Below are positions 1-9,700 of a DNA stretch of 64,000 nt, one piece after another. This DNA is from an uncultured Bacteroidaceae bacterium (lineage in GTDB: Bacteria > Bacteroidota > Bacteroidia > Bacteroidales > GCA-2748055). Positions within the stretch are counted from its first letter, which is position 1. Each line of letters opens with the position of its first letter. Location of the stretch: assembly GCA_964526475.1 (NCBI GenBank), contig CAZGKF010000005.1, positions 5,270 to 69,269 on the forward strand, read 5' to 3'. A program made the position numbers and the translations under genes. Below the pieces are notes generated by a model, which was not told where the DNA came from, searched no databases, and was given only the letters and a program-made list of their open reading frames with translations.

Positions 1-2
1 TA

Positions 3-854
3 ATAGCGAAAGAAAAGGAATCCTCCCCTGCCCCGCTCTCATTAACTGAAACAAGTACACACTTCATTATCAGTAATGATAAGTTCAGTATTCCTTTTAA
101 CAAAAAAACAGGTTTAATGGATAAAGTCAGGAAAAATGGAGAAATAATAATAGAATCAGGTCCTTTCATTAATCTGAATCTTGGAGAATATAACATCCCG
201 GGAATTACCGGATGGGAGTTAACTGAAATGCGGACTTCATCTGAGCAACACCAGGTAAGAATCACTTGTATTGGTAATTTTGAGGAACAGAAAATACATC
301 TTCATTACACCATTGATCCTTCAGGAGAAATAATGATTTATTATGTGGTTCTTCCTGAAAGAAAAGGATGGATTTTTGAAACAGGTTTATGTTTTGCCCT
401 TTCAGAAGGCATTGATCAGCTTGAATGGGAAAGAGATGCCTACTGGACAAGCTACCCGGATAACCATCTGGGATCACCAACAGGTAAAGTAAAATTATTT
501 GATCCGGAAGGAAATCTTAACTACCGGGAAAAACCCAAAACAGAATGGAGTTTCGATAACTACAGTTTTAAATATCATGGCATACAGACAGATCTCCATC
601 AGCCCCGACTTAGTAATATCGCCAGGAACATGAAAGAAAATATCCGGAGTTATAAGTTGTCGGCAGACAATCAACAGAAGAACCTGGAAGTATTTTCACC
701 ACAGGCAGATCTGGCCTGCCGTTTAAAACTTGAGAATAACAGACTCCTTTTATTCATCAATAACAATTGGGATTACCCGGGTCAGAAGTTTAATAATTTT
801 GCAAAAGATATGGAACTGGAAGCATTTACTGGAAAGATGAAACTCAGGTTGTGA
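3..854 (+). CDS. 3' end of a glycoside-hydrolase gene cut by the window edge (beta-galactosidase small-chain-like C-terminal beta-sandwich)
   Basis: The frame of listed ORF 117..854 stays open back to nt 3 (IAKEKESSPAPLSLTETSTHFIISNDKFSIPFNKKTGLMDKV...), so ATG 117 is internal. The 'F.I.FNKKTG.....KNGE' stretch resembles the start of the C-terminal domain of GH2 beta-galactosidases. Family call by eye only. Confidence 0.5.
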   Translation: MAKEKESSPAPLSLTETSTHFIISNDKFSIPFNKKTGLMDKVRKNGEIIIESGPFINLNLGEYNIPGITGWELTEMRTSSEQHQVRITCIGNFEEQKIHLHYTIDPSGEIMIYYVVLPERKGWIFETGLCFALSEGIDQLEWERDAYWTSYPDNHLGSPTGKVKLFDPEGNLNYREKPKTEWSFDNYSFKYHGIQTDLHQPRLSNIARNMKENIRSYKLSADNQQKNLEVFSPQADLACRLKLENNRLLLFINNNWDYPGQKFNNFAKDMELEAFTGKMKLRL

Positions 855-1277
855 TTAACCTTTGGAAGATTGCCAGACCCGAATTTTTTATCTGCTTCGC
901 ATCTTTGACCATCCCTTCGATTAATGTGCAAATATTTTTGAAGCGTGCTCATTTTGGGCAAAATATTTAGCGGCAGAGCCGCGTAACCTGCCTGCCGGCC
1001 GGCAGGTATTTGTAGAAATGCATTTGAAACACATAACCATAGTTGCAGAGCACCGTAATATTTAATAAGAAAAACTAATAGTAATTAGTTAAGCATAAGT
1101 TACATAAATCAATATATTGCAACCTGTCAGCGTCCTTGGACATGACAGCGTTATCAGGAGTAAAAACGATTTTAAAACTAATTAAGGTAAATTCAATAAA
1201 TTTTGAAAACTTATTTATAAAGATTAACCCAGATTGGTGGATTATTGTATATTTAAAAGATAAAAATATCATGGATC

Positions 1278-3377
1278 ATGAAAAATGCATTCTTCGCCCT
1301 TATTACCCTGCTCATTGTTTGCAGTTGTGATCAATCTGACCGCCTTCGTAAGCAGATCAGCCTGAATGGCAATTGGGAGATCACAAAAACCAGTTCGTTT
1401 TCAGAATTGCCATCCGGTTATACCAGCAAAGTGCCTGTCCCCGGCCTGGTAGACCTTGCCGTCCCTGCCCTGGATACCAACAGGAATTATGATACCGGAA
1501 TATACTGGCATAAAACCCACTTTACCATAGATGAGACTTATCCCGAATTGGTGAAACTGAAAATAGGGAAGGCGAAATACCACGCCAAAGTTTACCTGAA
1601 CAACCAGTATGTAGGTGAGCAGGTCTATTGCTTTACACCTGCCACTTTTAATATCCGCAATTTTCTTAATCCATCCGGGGAACCTAATGAATTGGTAATC
1701 GGTGTTGGCACATCCAATCACATTCCCGATACGGTGATATGGGGAAACGACTTTGAAAAGCTGACCTATATTCCCGGCATTTATGATGAAGTGAAACTTA
1801 TTCTTACCGGTACTCCCGCAATACAGAACATCCAGATCGTTCCCATGATAGGTGACGAAAAGGTGAGGGTAGTTGCAGACATAGAAAAAAATGAAAACAT
1901 CGGCAAACTCAGGTTGACATACCTTATCAGGGAATTAAAGTCCGGACGTGTGGTGGCTAAAGGCAATGCTTCTGAAAACGATTTTACCATTCCGCTTCCA
2001 GGTTGCCAGCTATGGTCGCCGGAATCCCCTTTCCTTTATACATTGGAGCTTTCCACAGGTGGTGATGAGGAGACAGTTCGTTTTGGGATGCGCTCTTTTT
2101 CGTTTGACACCAAAACCGGCCGGGCTTTGTTAAATGGAAAACCTTACTATATGCGGGGCACCAATGTATGTATCTTCCGCTTTTTTGAAGATCCTGAAAG
2201 AGCGGTATTACCCTGGACTAACGATTGGGTGGTCGATTTGCATCAAAAGTTTAAAGACATGCACTGGAACTCCATACGATACTGTATCGGCCTTCCCCCG
2301 GAACGGTGGTATGATATTGCCGATAGCCTGGGATTCCTGATCCAGAATGAATACCCGGTCTGGACGGGCAGGGTCAACGGATTTCAGAATATTTACCCCG
2401 GGGTCACGTCTAAACATCTTGCCAATGAATACCGTGCCTGGCTGCCAGAGCATTGGAACCATCCCGGCGTGGTGATCTGGGACGCACAAAACGAATCGGT
2501 CACCAATATCATTGGAGAGGCCATCGACATGGTCCGGGATATGGATCTTTCTAACCGGCCCTGGGAAAATGGCTGGTCAGCCCCCCGTGCCGAAAGCGAT
2601 CCCATCGAGGCACACCCCTACCTCTTCGGAAGATACCGCGGAGATGCAAAGCCATCTGAAAAAGGTCCATTATTTGATCTGCTAAGTGTTGCCCATATTC
2701 CCCACAACGATCCCAATACCCGGGACCGCGCCGAGGGGCAGCCCCGTTATCAAAATCCCATCATCATTAATGAATATGCATGGCTATGGCTTAACAGGGA
2801 CGGATCAACCACCACGCTCACTGACAAGGTTTACGATGTGGCTTTTGGTAAAAGACTGACTACAGAACAGCGGTTTTATATCTATGCAAGACACCTGGGG
2901 ATGCTTACAGAGTACTGGCGGGCTCACCGTATGTGTGCAGGAATATTGCATTTCTGCGGATTAGGATATTCCAGGCCTGAAGAACCCAGGGGACAGACCA
3001 GCGACCATTTCATCGACATAAACTCCCTGCAATACGAGCCTGAATTTGTAAAATATGTGAAGCCTGCATTTGCTCCTGTTGGGCTGATGGTCAACTTCTT
3101 GAACAATAAAGTGGATGCCGGGGCTAATACAAATATTGAGGTTTATGCCATTAACGACCTGGATTCCACATGGACAGGTACGCTTACCCTTACCATCCTC
3201 CTGGGAGACACGGAAGTATCAAGACAAACACAAGATATCAGCATCCCGGCATTTGAGCGAATAATCACTAATTTACCGGTGGAAATGCCTGGAGTGGCAG
3301 GAGACTGCCGGTTGGAGGCTGAAATAACCTACAAAGGTGAACAGGTGAAAAGCATCCGTGAGTTTAAAGTGAACTAA
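1278..3377 (+). CDS. Glycoside hydrolase family 2-like lipoprotein (sugar-binding beta-sandwich + Ig-like + TIM barrel)
   Basis: Lipoprotein-type N-terminus (LITLLIVCSCDQS). GH2-type N-terminal domain (ISLNGNWEI..., YHAKVYLNNQYVGEQ). TIM-barrel motifs NHPGVVIWDAQNES (acid/base-like NE) and IIINEYAWLW. Confidence 0.75.
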   Translation: MKNAFFALITLLIVCSCDQSDRLRKQISLNGNWEITKTSSFSELPSGYTSKVPVPGLVDLAVPALDTNRNYDTGIYWHKTHFTIDETYPELVKLKIGKAKYHAKVYLNNQYVGEQVYCFTPATFNIRNFLNPSGEPNELVIGVGTSNHIPDTVIWGNDFEKLTYIPGIYDEVKLILTGTPAIQNIQIVPMIGDEKVRVVADIEKNENIGKLRLTYLIRELKSGRVVAKGNASENDFTIPLPGCQLWSPESPFLYTLELSTGGDEETVRFGMRSFSFDTKTGRALLNGKPYYMRGTNVCIFRFFEDPERAVLPWTNDWVVDLHQKFKDMHWNSIRYCIGLPPERWYDIADSLGFLIQNEYPVWTGRVNGFQNIYPGVTSKHLANEYRAWLPEHWNHPGVVIWDAQNESVTNIIGEAIDMVRDMDLSNRPWENGWSAPRAESDPIEAHPYLFGRYRGDAKPSEKGPLFDLLSVAHIPHNDPNTRDRAEGQPRYQNPIIINEYAWLWLNRDGSTTTLTDKVYDVAFGKRLTTEQRFYIYARHLGMLTEYWRAHRMCAGILHFCGLGYSRPEEPRGQTSDHFIDINSLQYEPEFVKYVKPAFAPVGLMVNFLNNKVDAGANTNIEVYAINDLDSTWTGTLTLTILLGDTEVSRQTQDISIPAFERIITNLPVEMPGVAGDCRLEAEITYKGEQVKSIREFKVN

Positions 3378-3847
3378 TTCTCTCTTTTATTAGAAGTTTA
3401 TGTGCGTGGGACGTCCACGATTGTGAACCAGAGGCTTTTTGGGATGGGCAGATCACACCCCACCCCTGGCCCCTCCACCAGCGAAGGAGGGGAAAGGCTC
3501 AGTCAGGTTAGAAAGGGATAGTTGGCAGTTTCAGTGAATCTTACTTTTCAGAAGCATCAACGCACTGAAAAGTACAGATGAACTAATCCCGTCTTTACGG
3601 TGGGAGGGCAGTTGGCAGTAGGTCACGCTTTTTTGATTTCAGAACAAGGAATGATGAACGGAGAAGTAAGAAGAAAGAATGGAAGAACATGGAATGCAGA
3701 ATTCAGAAGTAAGAAGGGAAAGAACTGAGAAGCAAGTAGGGAATGCAGGATTAAGGATGGAAAAGGCAAAAATTTTAGATTTTCAAACTCCCCCTCATTT
3801 TTCAAGGGAGGGGGGGGTGGGTCCGGAAGTTAATTGAATTATTATGA

Positions 3848-4075
3848 CTAGCATTAAACATACTGGTATATGAAGTAGGAAATAAAGACCCTGAGGAATC
3901 ACTCAGAAGTGCAGTAAAATTTGGATTCAAATATATCGAATATGCCGGCCATCTTATCATAGCAAGGGAAGGGCATGAAAAGCTTGAAAAACTTAAGAGC
4001 AGATTGCTTCATGTTCTGTCAGGTATATACTTTTTGCTTTGGAATGGTTATATCCGCAAAATGAATATTGATTAA
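3848..4075 (+). pseudogene. Possible remnant of the N-terminus of a xylose-isomerase-like TIM-barrel (sugar phosphate isomerase/epimerase) gene
   Basis: A 75-codon open frame with no start codon near its 5' end reads LALNILVYEVGNKDPEESLRSAVKFGFKYIEYAGH... This resembles the 'lYtvr....e.tl..va.iGy..vE.ag' N-terminal pattern of that family. Two intact members lie at 37971..40935. Confidence 0.3.
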
Positions 4076-4154
4076 AAATTGATATCTTTACTTCATTAAT
4101 ATTTATTCAAGTAATAATTCAACTTTATATACACATTCATATTATTTGAACCAG

Positions 4155-4724
4155 ATGAATTTGAATGATACATATATTCTTGAAGGCTTAAAGAGGGGTG
4201 ACAGATTAATTTTTAATCTTGTATTCAAATCCTATTATCCGGCATTATGCGCATTTGCAAGAGATTATGTGAGATCAGATGATATTGCTGAGGAAATTAC
4301 ACAGGAACTTTTTTTATACCTTTGGGAGAATCACTCAAAAATACATATCAAATCTTCACTCAGGTCTTATTTATTCAGGAGTATTCATAACAGATGCCTG
4401 AATTATTTCAGAGACCACTACCCTTCTGCATCAAAAAGAGCACGCCTTAAACAATTAGAATCACATATTGAACTGCTCAATCTGGAAATCCCTGAAACCA
4501 TTTTCGACAAAGCCTTTTCTGAACAAGCCGAGATGGAGTTGGAAACTGCCATCGAAAGCCTGCCTGAACAATGTAAAAAAATCTTCAGAATGAACCGGGA
4601 TGAAAAACTTTCTTACCCGGAGATTGCCGGCCTCCTGGATATTTCTTTAAGCACTGTAAAAACACAAATGTCAAGGGCAATGCAGAAGTTGGCGGAGAAG
4701 ATGGAGAAGTATCTGGGGAAATGA
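4155..4724 (+). CDS. ECF-type RNA polymerase sigma-70 family factor (Bacteroidota PUL-associated type)
   Basis: Region 2 (FNLVFKSYYPALCAFARDYV, EEITQELFLYLWEN) and region 4 HTH (LSYPEIAGLLDISLSTVKTQMSRAMQKL). The ORF track starts at TTG 4146; the first ATG is at 4155. A FecR-like gene lies downstream. Confidence 0.9.
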   Translation: MNLNDTYILEGLKRGDRLIFNLVFKSYYPALCAFARDYVRSDDIAEEITQELFLYLWENHSKIHIKSSLRSYLFRSIHNRCLNYFRDHYPSASKRARLKQLESHIELLNLEIPETIFDKAFSEQAEMELETAIESLPEQCKKIFRMNRDEKLSYPEIAGLLDISLSTVKTQMSRAMQKLAEKMEKYLGK

Positions 4725-4771
4725 TGGAAGGAGGTTAGGGAGGAAATGAGAAGAAAAAGTTGGCAGTAGGC

Positions 4772-5050
4772 AGTTGGCAGTAGGATTGAGTTTTTAGGAA
4801 GTGATTGTAATCATAGAATAACTTCCCGCCTTCGGGAAATCGCGATGATAAAAAAGTTGGCAGAGGGCAGTTGGCAGTCGCAAAGTGAAAAAAGTTGGCA
4901 GTAGGATTGAGTTTTTAGGAAGTGATTGTAATATAGAATAACTCCCCGCCTTCGGGAAATCGCGATGATAAAAAAGTTGGCAGAGGGCAGTCGGCAGTCG
5001 CAAAGTGAAAAAAGTTGGCAGTAGGCAGTTGGCAGTAGGATTGAGTTTTT
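4772..5050. repeat. Tandem direct repeat, unit ~120 bp, about 2.3 copies, near-identical
   Basis: The unit AGTTGGCAGTAGGATTGAGTTTTTAGGAAGTGATTGTAAT(C)ATAGAATAACT(T/C)CCCGCCTTCGGGAAATCGCGATGATAAAAAAGTTGGCAGAGGGCAGT(T/C)GGCAGTCGCAAAGTGAAAAA is read twice (about 4772-4891 and 4893-5010), then a partial third copy. The GTTGGCAGT core recurs at 3521 and 3611. Confidence 0.9.
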
Positions 5051-5142
5051 GCCTACTTTTTTGTGGTAGAAAAAAGTAGGAATGAAATTGTTGGAATCCG
5101 TGGTGACTTTTTGCCTACTTTTTTATGGCAGAAAAAAGTAGG
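5051..5142. repeat. Two copies of a 30-nt hairpin (11-bp stem CCTACTTTTTT/AAAAAAGTAGG)
   Basis: GCCTACTTTTTTGTGGTAGAAAAAAGTAGG at 5051-5080 and GCCTACTTTTTTATGGCAGAAAAAAGTAGG at 5113-5142. A third unrelated hairpin (CGCTCCGTTGTGACGGAGCG) follows at about 5175-5194. Confidence 0.85.
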
Positions 5143-5316
5143 GGTAAAATACGCCTTGCAGCATAAAAGTATGTCGCTCCGTTGTGACGGAGCGAAAAAT
5201 GGCTTGCTGGCAGGGCCTATCTTTCTTATGGCAGAGAAAATTAAAAAATTAATTCCAAAAACATGTAAACCGATTTAACAATTACGTGTCATTATATTAA
5301 CGAAAATGAAATATTG

Positions 5317-6504
5317 ATGATAAGCAAAGAAAATAATTCAATGACAGATTACAACGATTTGATAATCAAATTCCTTAATGAAAGTGCATCTGATAATGAA
5401 GTGGAACAGTTAAAAACCTGGGTAAATCAATCTGAGAAAAACAAAAATGAATTTCTTGAAATGAAGATAGCCTGGCTGGCATCAGCCAGAAACCAAAATA
5501 TCAAAGCTGAAGAACTGGATACTGCTTTCGATACCTTAATCAATAAAATTAATAAAAAAAGCAAGCTGAAATTTAAAGATTCTTCCTACTCTTTGGGAAA
5601 ACTGATCAGAATTGCTGCGGGGTTCCTCCTTATATTCGCTATGGGTTCAATGGCTGCCTATCTGATAATGAAAACTTCTTTCTCTGTTGAACCTGCAATG
5701 ACTGATGAGAAAATGTATATATATACCCCAAAAGGTTCCAGAGTAAAGACTATCCTCCAGGATGGGACAACAGTATGGCTGAATGCAGGAAGCAACCTGA
5801 TGTATAATACAAACTCATTTAATAAGGAGGACCGTCAGGTGACATTAATTGGGGAAGGATTTTTCCAGGTTGCAGAAAATCATAAAAAACCTTTCATTGT
5901 AAATGCCAAAAATTTTAAAATAGTGGCTCTGGGTACTGCATTCAATGTTAAAGCATATCCTGATGAAGATTTGGTAGAGACCACCCTTGTTGAAGGATTA
6001 GTGAAAATAGACGGAGAACAGGAGGATAAACAGGCATTCTCCATTACCCTCCGACCAAACCAGCATATCGCATTACCGGCCGGTAAAGCTCTAATCAAGG
6101 ATATACCTTTAACTGATCCTGAAAAGTTTGAAGCAGAAGACCTTAATAAAATTGTATTTGCGGAAATACCTATAGCTGTATCACATAAACCTACATTAAG
6201 CAATGTAATGGAAACAGAATTATTTACTTCATGGAAAGACGAGAAGTGGATAATAAAAGGAGAAAATTTAGGGGATCTTGCAATAATGCTGGAAAGAAGG
6301 CATAATATCAGTATTGGGTTCAGTACAGAAGAACTGAAAAAATACCGGTTTACAGGTACATTTCAGAATGAAACGGTGGAACAGGTTATGCAGGTGCTTA
6401 AGCTCACTGCACCACTTCAATATAGAATTGATAAAGGGATGGTTACATTGAATCTTGATGCTTCCTTAAAGAAAAAGTACGAAAAGTATTTGAATCATAA
6501 TTAA
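5317..6504 (+). CDS. FecR-family anti-sigma factor / transmembrane sensor
   Basis: N-terminal anti-sigma helix region (LIIKFLNESASDNEVEQLKTWV), one TM segment (IAAGFLLIFAMGSMAAYLI), a FecR domain (VTLIGEGFFQVAENHKKPFIVNAKNFKIVALGTAFNVKAY) and a C-terminal DUF4974-like part. Start is ATG 5317 or 5341. Confidence 0.9.
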   Translation: MISKENNSMTDYNDLIIKFLNESASDNEVEQLKTWVNQSEKNKNEFLEMKIAWLASARNQNIKAEELDTAFDTLINKINKKSKLKFKDSSYSLGKLIRIAAGFLLIFAMGSMAAYLIMKTSFSVEPAMTDEKMYIYTPKGSRVKTILQDGTTVWLNAGSNLMYNTNSFNKEDRQVTLIGEGFFQVAENHKKPFIVNAKNFKIVALGTAFNVKAYPDEDLVETTLVEGLVKIDGEQEDKQAFSITLRPNQHIALPAGKALIKDIPLTDPEKFEAEDLNKIVFAEIPIAVSHKPTLSNVMETELFTSWKDEKWIIKGENLGDLAIMLERRHNISIGFSTEELKKYRFTGTFQNETVEQVMQVLKLTAPLQYRIDKGMVTLNLDASLKKKYEKYLNHN

Positions 6505-6607
6505 TTAAAATGATTTTAACATATAATATAAATTGCTAATAATTAATATCTTTTACTAACTATCAAAACTTTAACGCCTATGGGAATAGTTACTTATTAA
6601 AATAAAA

Positions 6608-6637
6608 AAGTTGGAACCAATGCGCTGGTCCCAACTT
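6608..6637 (+). other. Imperfect hairpin between the anti-sigma gene and susC-like gene
   Basis: AAGTTGGAACCA-ATGCGC-TGGTCCCAACTT: a 12-bp stem with one mismatch and a 6-nt loop. Function (terminator or attenuator) not established; there is no downstream T-run. Confidence 0.45.
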
Positions 6638-6713
6638 AAAGTAAAATTAACCCGGAAGATATTCCCTTGTTGAAGAACGTCTTCCCTATTGTTTAATTAA
6701 ACACTACAAATCT

Positions 6714-9700
6714 ATGAAAAAATTTTGTATTGGTAAATATTTATTTACCAACAAACATCTACGAAAAATTCTTCTAACTATGAAACTTTCCTTTATTCTT
6801 TTATTTTTTATTATTCTCCAGTCAACTGCAGGGGTCCTCTCACAGAACCTGACTCTTGATGTAAAAAACCAGAGCCTGCGTGATGTATTGAGAATGATTG
6901 AAACCCAAAGTAATTACAGGTTTTTCTACAATGATCAGCTATCAGGACTTAACAAAACTATTAACCTGAAAGCTGAGAATGCATCTGTGGAGGAATTATT
7001 GAATCAGTTGCTGGATAACCAGCAATTTTCCTATACATCCATGGAGAATAACATGATTGTTATAGCTCCAACGGAACTTATGCAACAAAGAAAAGTATCA
7101 GGCACCGTAACAGACTCCGATGGTAATCCTTTACCAGGTGTATCTGTGTTTGTACAGGGAACCACAATAGGGACGGTTACTGATCCGGATGGAAATTTTG
7201 AACTTACAATTCCGGCAGATGCGCAAGTGCTTGTTTTTACATTTGTGGGAATGAGTTCACAGGAAATTGCCGTGGGAGAATCAACCGTTTTCAATGTCAC
7301 TATGGTTGAGGAGTTCATTGGGCTCGATGAAGTGGTTGTTGTCGGGTATGGAACCCAAAGAAGAGTGAATCTTACCGGTAGTATTTCTACAGTTGACAAT
7401 GAGGAAATATCGAGGGTTGCAATGCCTACACTAACTCAGGCTTTGATGGGTAAAGCATCAGGACTTTTTATTAAAAATATGTCAGGACAGCCCGGAACAA
7501 ATAAAACATCATTTAATATCAGGGGGTTTGGAAATCCACTGATAATTGTTGACGGAGCCCCTGTTTCCAGTTCGGAATTCCAACAGATAAATCCAAATGA
7601 TATTGAAAATTTCAGTATCCTTAAAGATGCTGCTGCTGCTTCAATATATGGATCAAGAGCAGGAAACGGAGTAATTCTCGTTTCCACCAAAAGAGGATTT
7701 AAATCAGCTCCCCAAATTTCTTTATCCAGTGATTATGCCCAGCAATTCTTTACACATATCCCTGACTTCCTGGATGCCGGGGATTACCTCCGGATGAAGA
7801 ACTACTCTGAGTGGGCTGTAGGACGATCTCCTGTCTATTCTCAGGAATTAATTGACCTTTACGATGAAGGTGGTGATCCCGAATACCCGAACAACCAGAT
7901 GTGGCCTATTGTATTTCACAAATATGCCCCTCAGGCAACTCATAATTTCAATGTAAGAGGCGGAACCGATAATGTCAGATATTTCCTGTCTGCCGGCTGG
8001 TTTGATCAAAATGGTATGCTGAAAGCTAATACAATGAAGTACGACCGTTATTCCTTCAGGTCTAATATAGACGTAAATCTAACAAGTAAGTTGAATCTGG
8101 AAACTTCCTTGTCATTTATCAGTGACGATTATATAGGACCGCGACAGGAAATGGAAGGAGCTAAAGGGGAGCAGGGAATAATACAAAGGACCTACCGTCA
8201 ACGGACTTTTTTCCAGCGTTATGATGTATATCCTGATAAATCGAAAGTTCCGGCATATGGAGATGGGTCATCCGAAGACCCGTATTATTTTACATTCCAT
8301 GAATATTTCGGTTACAGGAAAACCAAGACACAGTACACTGATTTGAACTTCACATTAAAATATGATCTGCCTTTAGGTTTTCAGGCAAGAGCTAACTATT
8401 ACGTGTCGAATAAAGCATATAGCTATAAGCGAAGAACCTGGGAAGGAAAACAATACTTCTGGGATGAAGAAACTGATATCTATACTTTTAGAAGACAAAG
8501 TTTCCCGTATAACGAGCTGGAGGAAAGAAGAGACAGAACAAATGTTTTTAATCAGCAGTACATTTTAACATGGCAAGAATCTTTTAATAATCATAATTTT
8601 TCAGGTATAGCAGGGTACGAAGTATTATCTGATAACTACGACAGGATAGAAGCATCCAGGATCAGGTATGAGCTTAACCTGGATTACCTGTTTGCAGGGC
8701 CTGACCTGGACAAAAGCAACTACGGTACTGCCAATGAAGGAGGAAGATCTGCTTTTTTCGGCAGAATAAATTACGATTATATGGGAAAATACCTTCTGGA
8801 ATTTAATTCCAGATGGGATGCATCGCCTAACTTCCCACCGGACAGCCGCTGGGGATTTTTCCCATCATTATCCCTGGGATGGAGATTATCTGAAGAAGAT
8901 TTTATGAGCAATATATCATTCCTTGATAACCTGAAAATCAGAGCCTCACATGGAAATCTCGGGTATGACCGTGCCGGAGATTTTCAGTATCTCGCAACAT
9001 ATTCCATGAGCGGGAGGTACATTTTTGATAATACCCTGGATCCTGGCCTGAGAGAAGACGCCATGCCTAATCCTTATATAACCTGGGAAAAGATGACAAC
9101 TTCCAATATTGGTATTGATTTTGGTCTGTGGAATCACAAACTGGATGGCTCTCTCGATTATTTCTACAGGAAGCGTACCGATGTTCTTGGGAACCGCATT
9201 TTATCATTACCCAATGTAGTTGGAGCAGTTCTGCCTCAGGAAAACTACAGGGAATTTGACAACAGGGGTTGGGAATTAAGTCTCCAACACAGGAACAAAA
9301 TTGGAGAAATAAGCTACAGCCTGGGTACTAACCTGTCATGGAACCGTGAAAAGGCGCTGGTTGTGGATCAATCTGACTTCAGTAACATGGAAGCATTCAG
9401 AACCGGGAATAATGCCGGAGAATGGACAGACAGGTATTGGTTGTATCAGCATGACGGGCTTTTCAAAAGCCAGGAAGAAATAGATAATTATGGAGTTATT
9501 ATTGACGGGGCGAGTAACAGGACTATCTTACCCGGTGATGTTAAATTTGTCGATTATAACGGGGATGGCATTATTTCTGGTGCAGACAGGGTACTGGGAG
9601 GAAGAGGTACCATGCCAAGATTTATTTATGGTATTAACATGGATTTCTCATGGAAAGGTTTTGACTTTTTAATGCTGTGGCAGGGAGCTTCCTTATTCAA

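Noticed and set aside
3623-3805. 60-aa minus-strand ORF (MKNEGEFENLKFLPFPSLILHSLL...)
   Set aside because: It is a low-complexity translation of a purine-rich/pyrimidine-rich repeat stretch in a spacer full of hairpin repeats, so it is unlikely to be a gene.
4794-5003. Listed 69-aa minus-strand ORF with an internally repeated peptide (RLPTALCQLFYHRDFPKAGSYS twice)
   Set aside because: It is simply the translation of the ~120-bp tandem DNA repeat. The duplication in the peptide mirrors the DNA repeat, and there is no independent coding signal.
4750-5150. Possible CRISPR-like array (regularly spaced repeats)
   Set aside because: The repeated units are contiguous ~120-bp tandem copies with no unique spacers between short repeats, and no cas genes are in the window.
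5063-5278. 71-aa plus-strand ORF between the repeat array and the FecR gene
   Set aside because: It begins inside the hairpin repeats, and its sequence is dominated by translated palindromes (KKVG/PTF motifs). It has no recognisable features.
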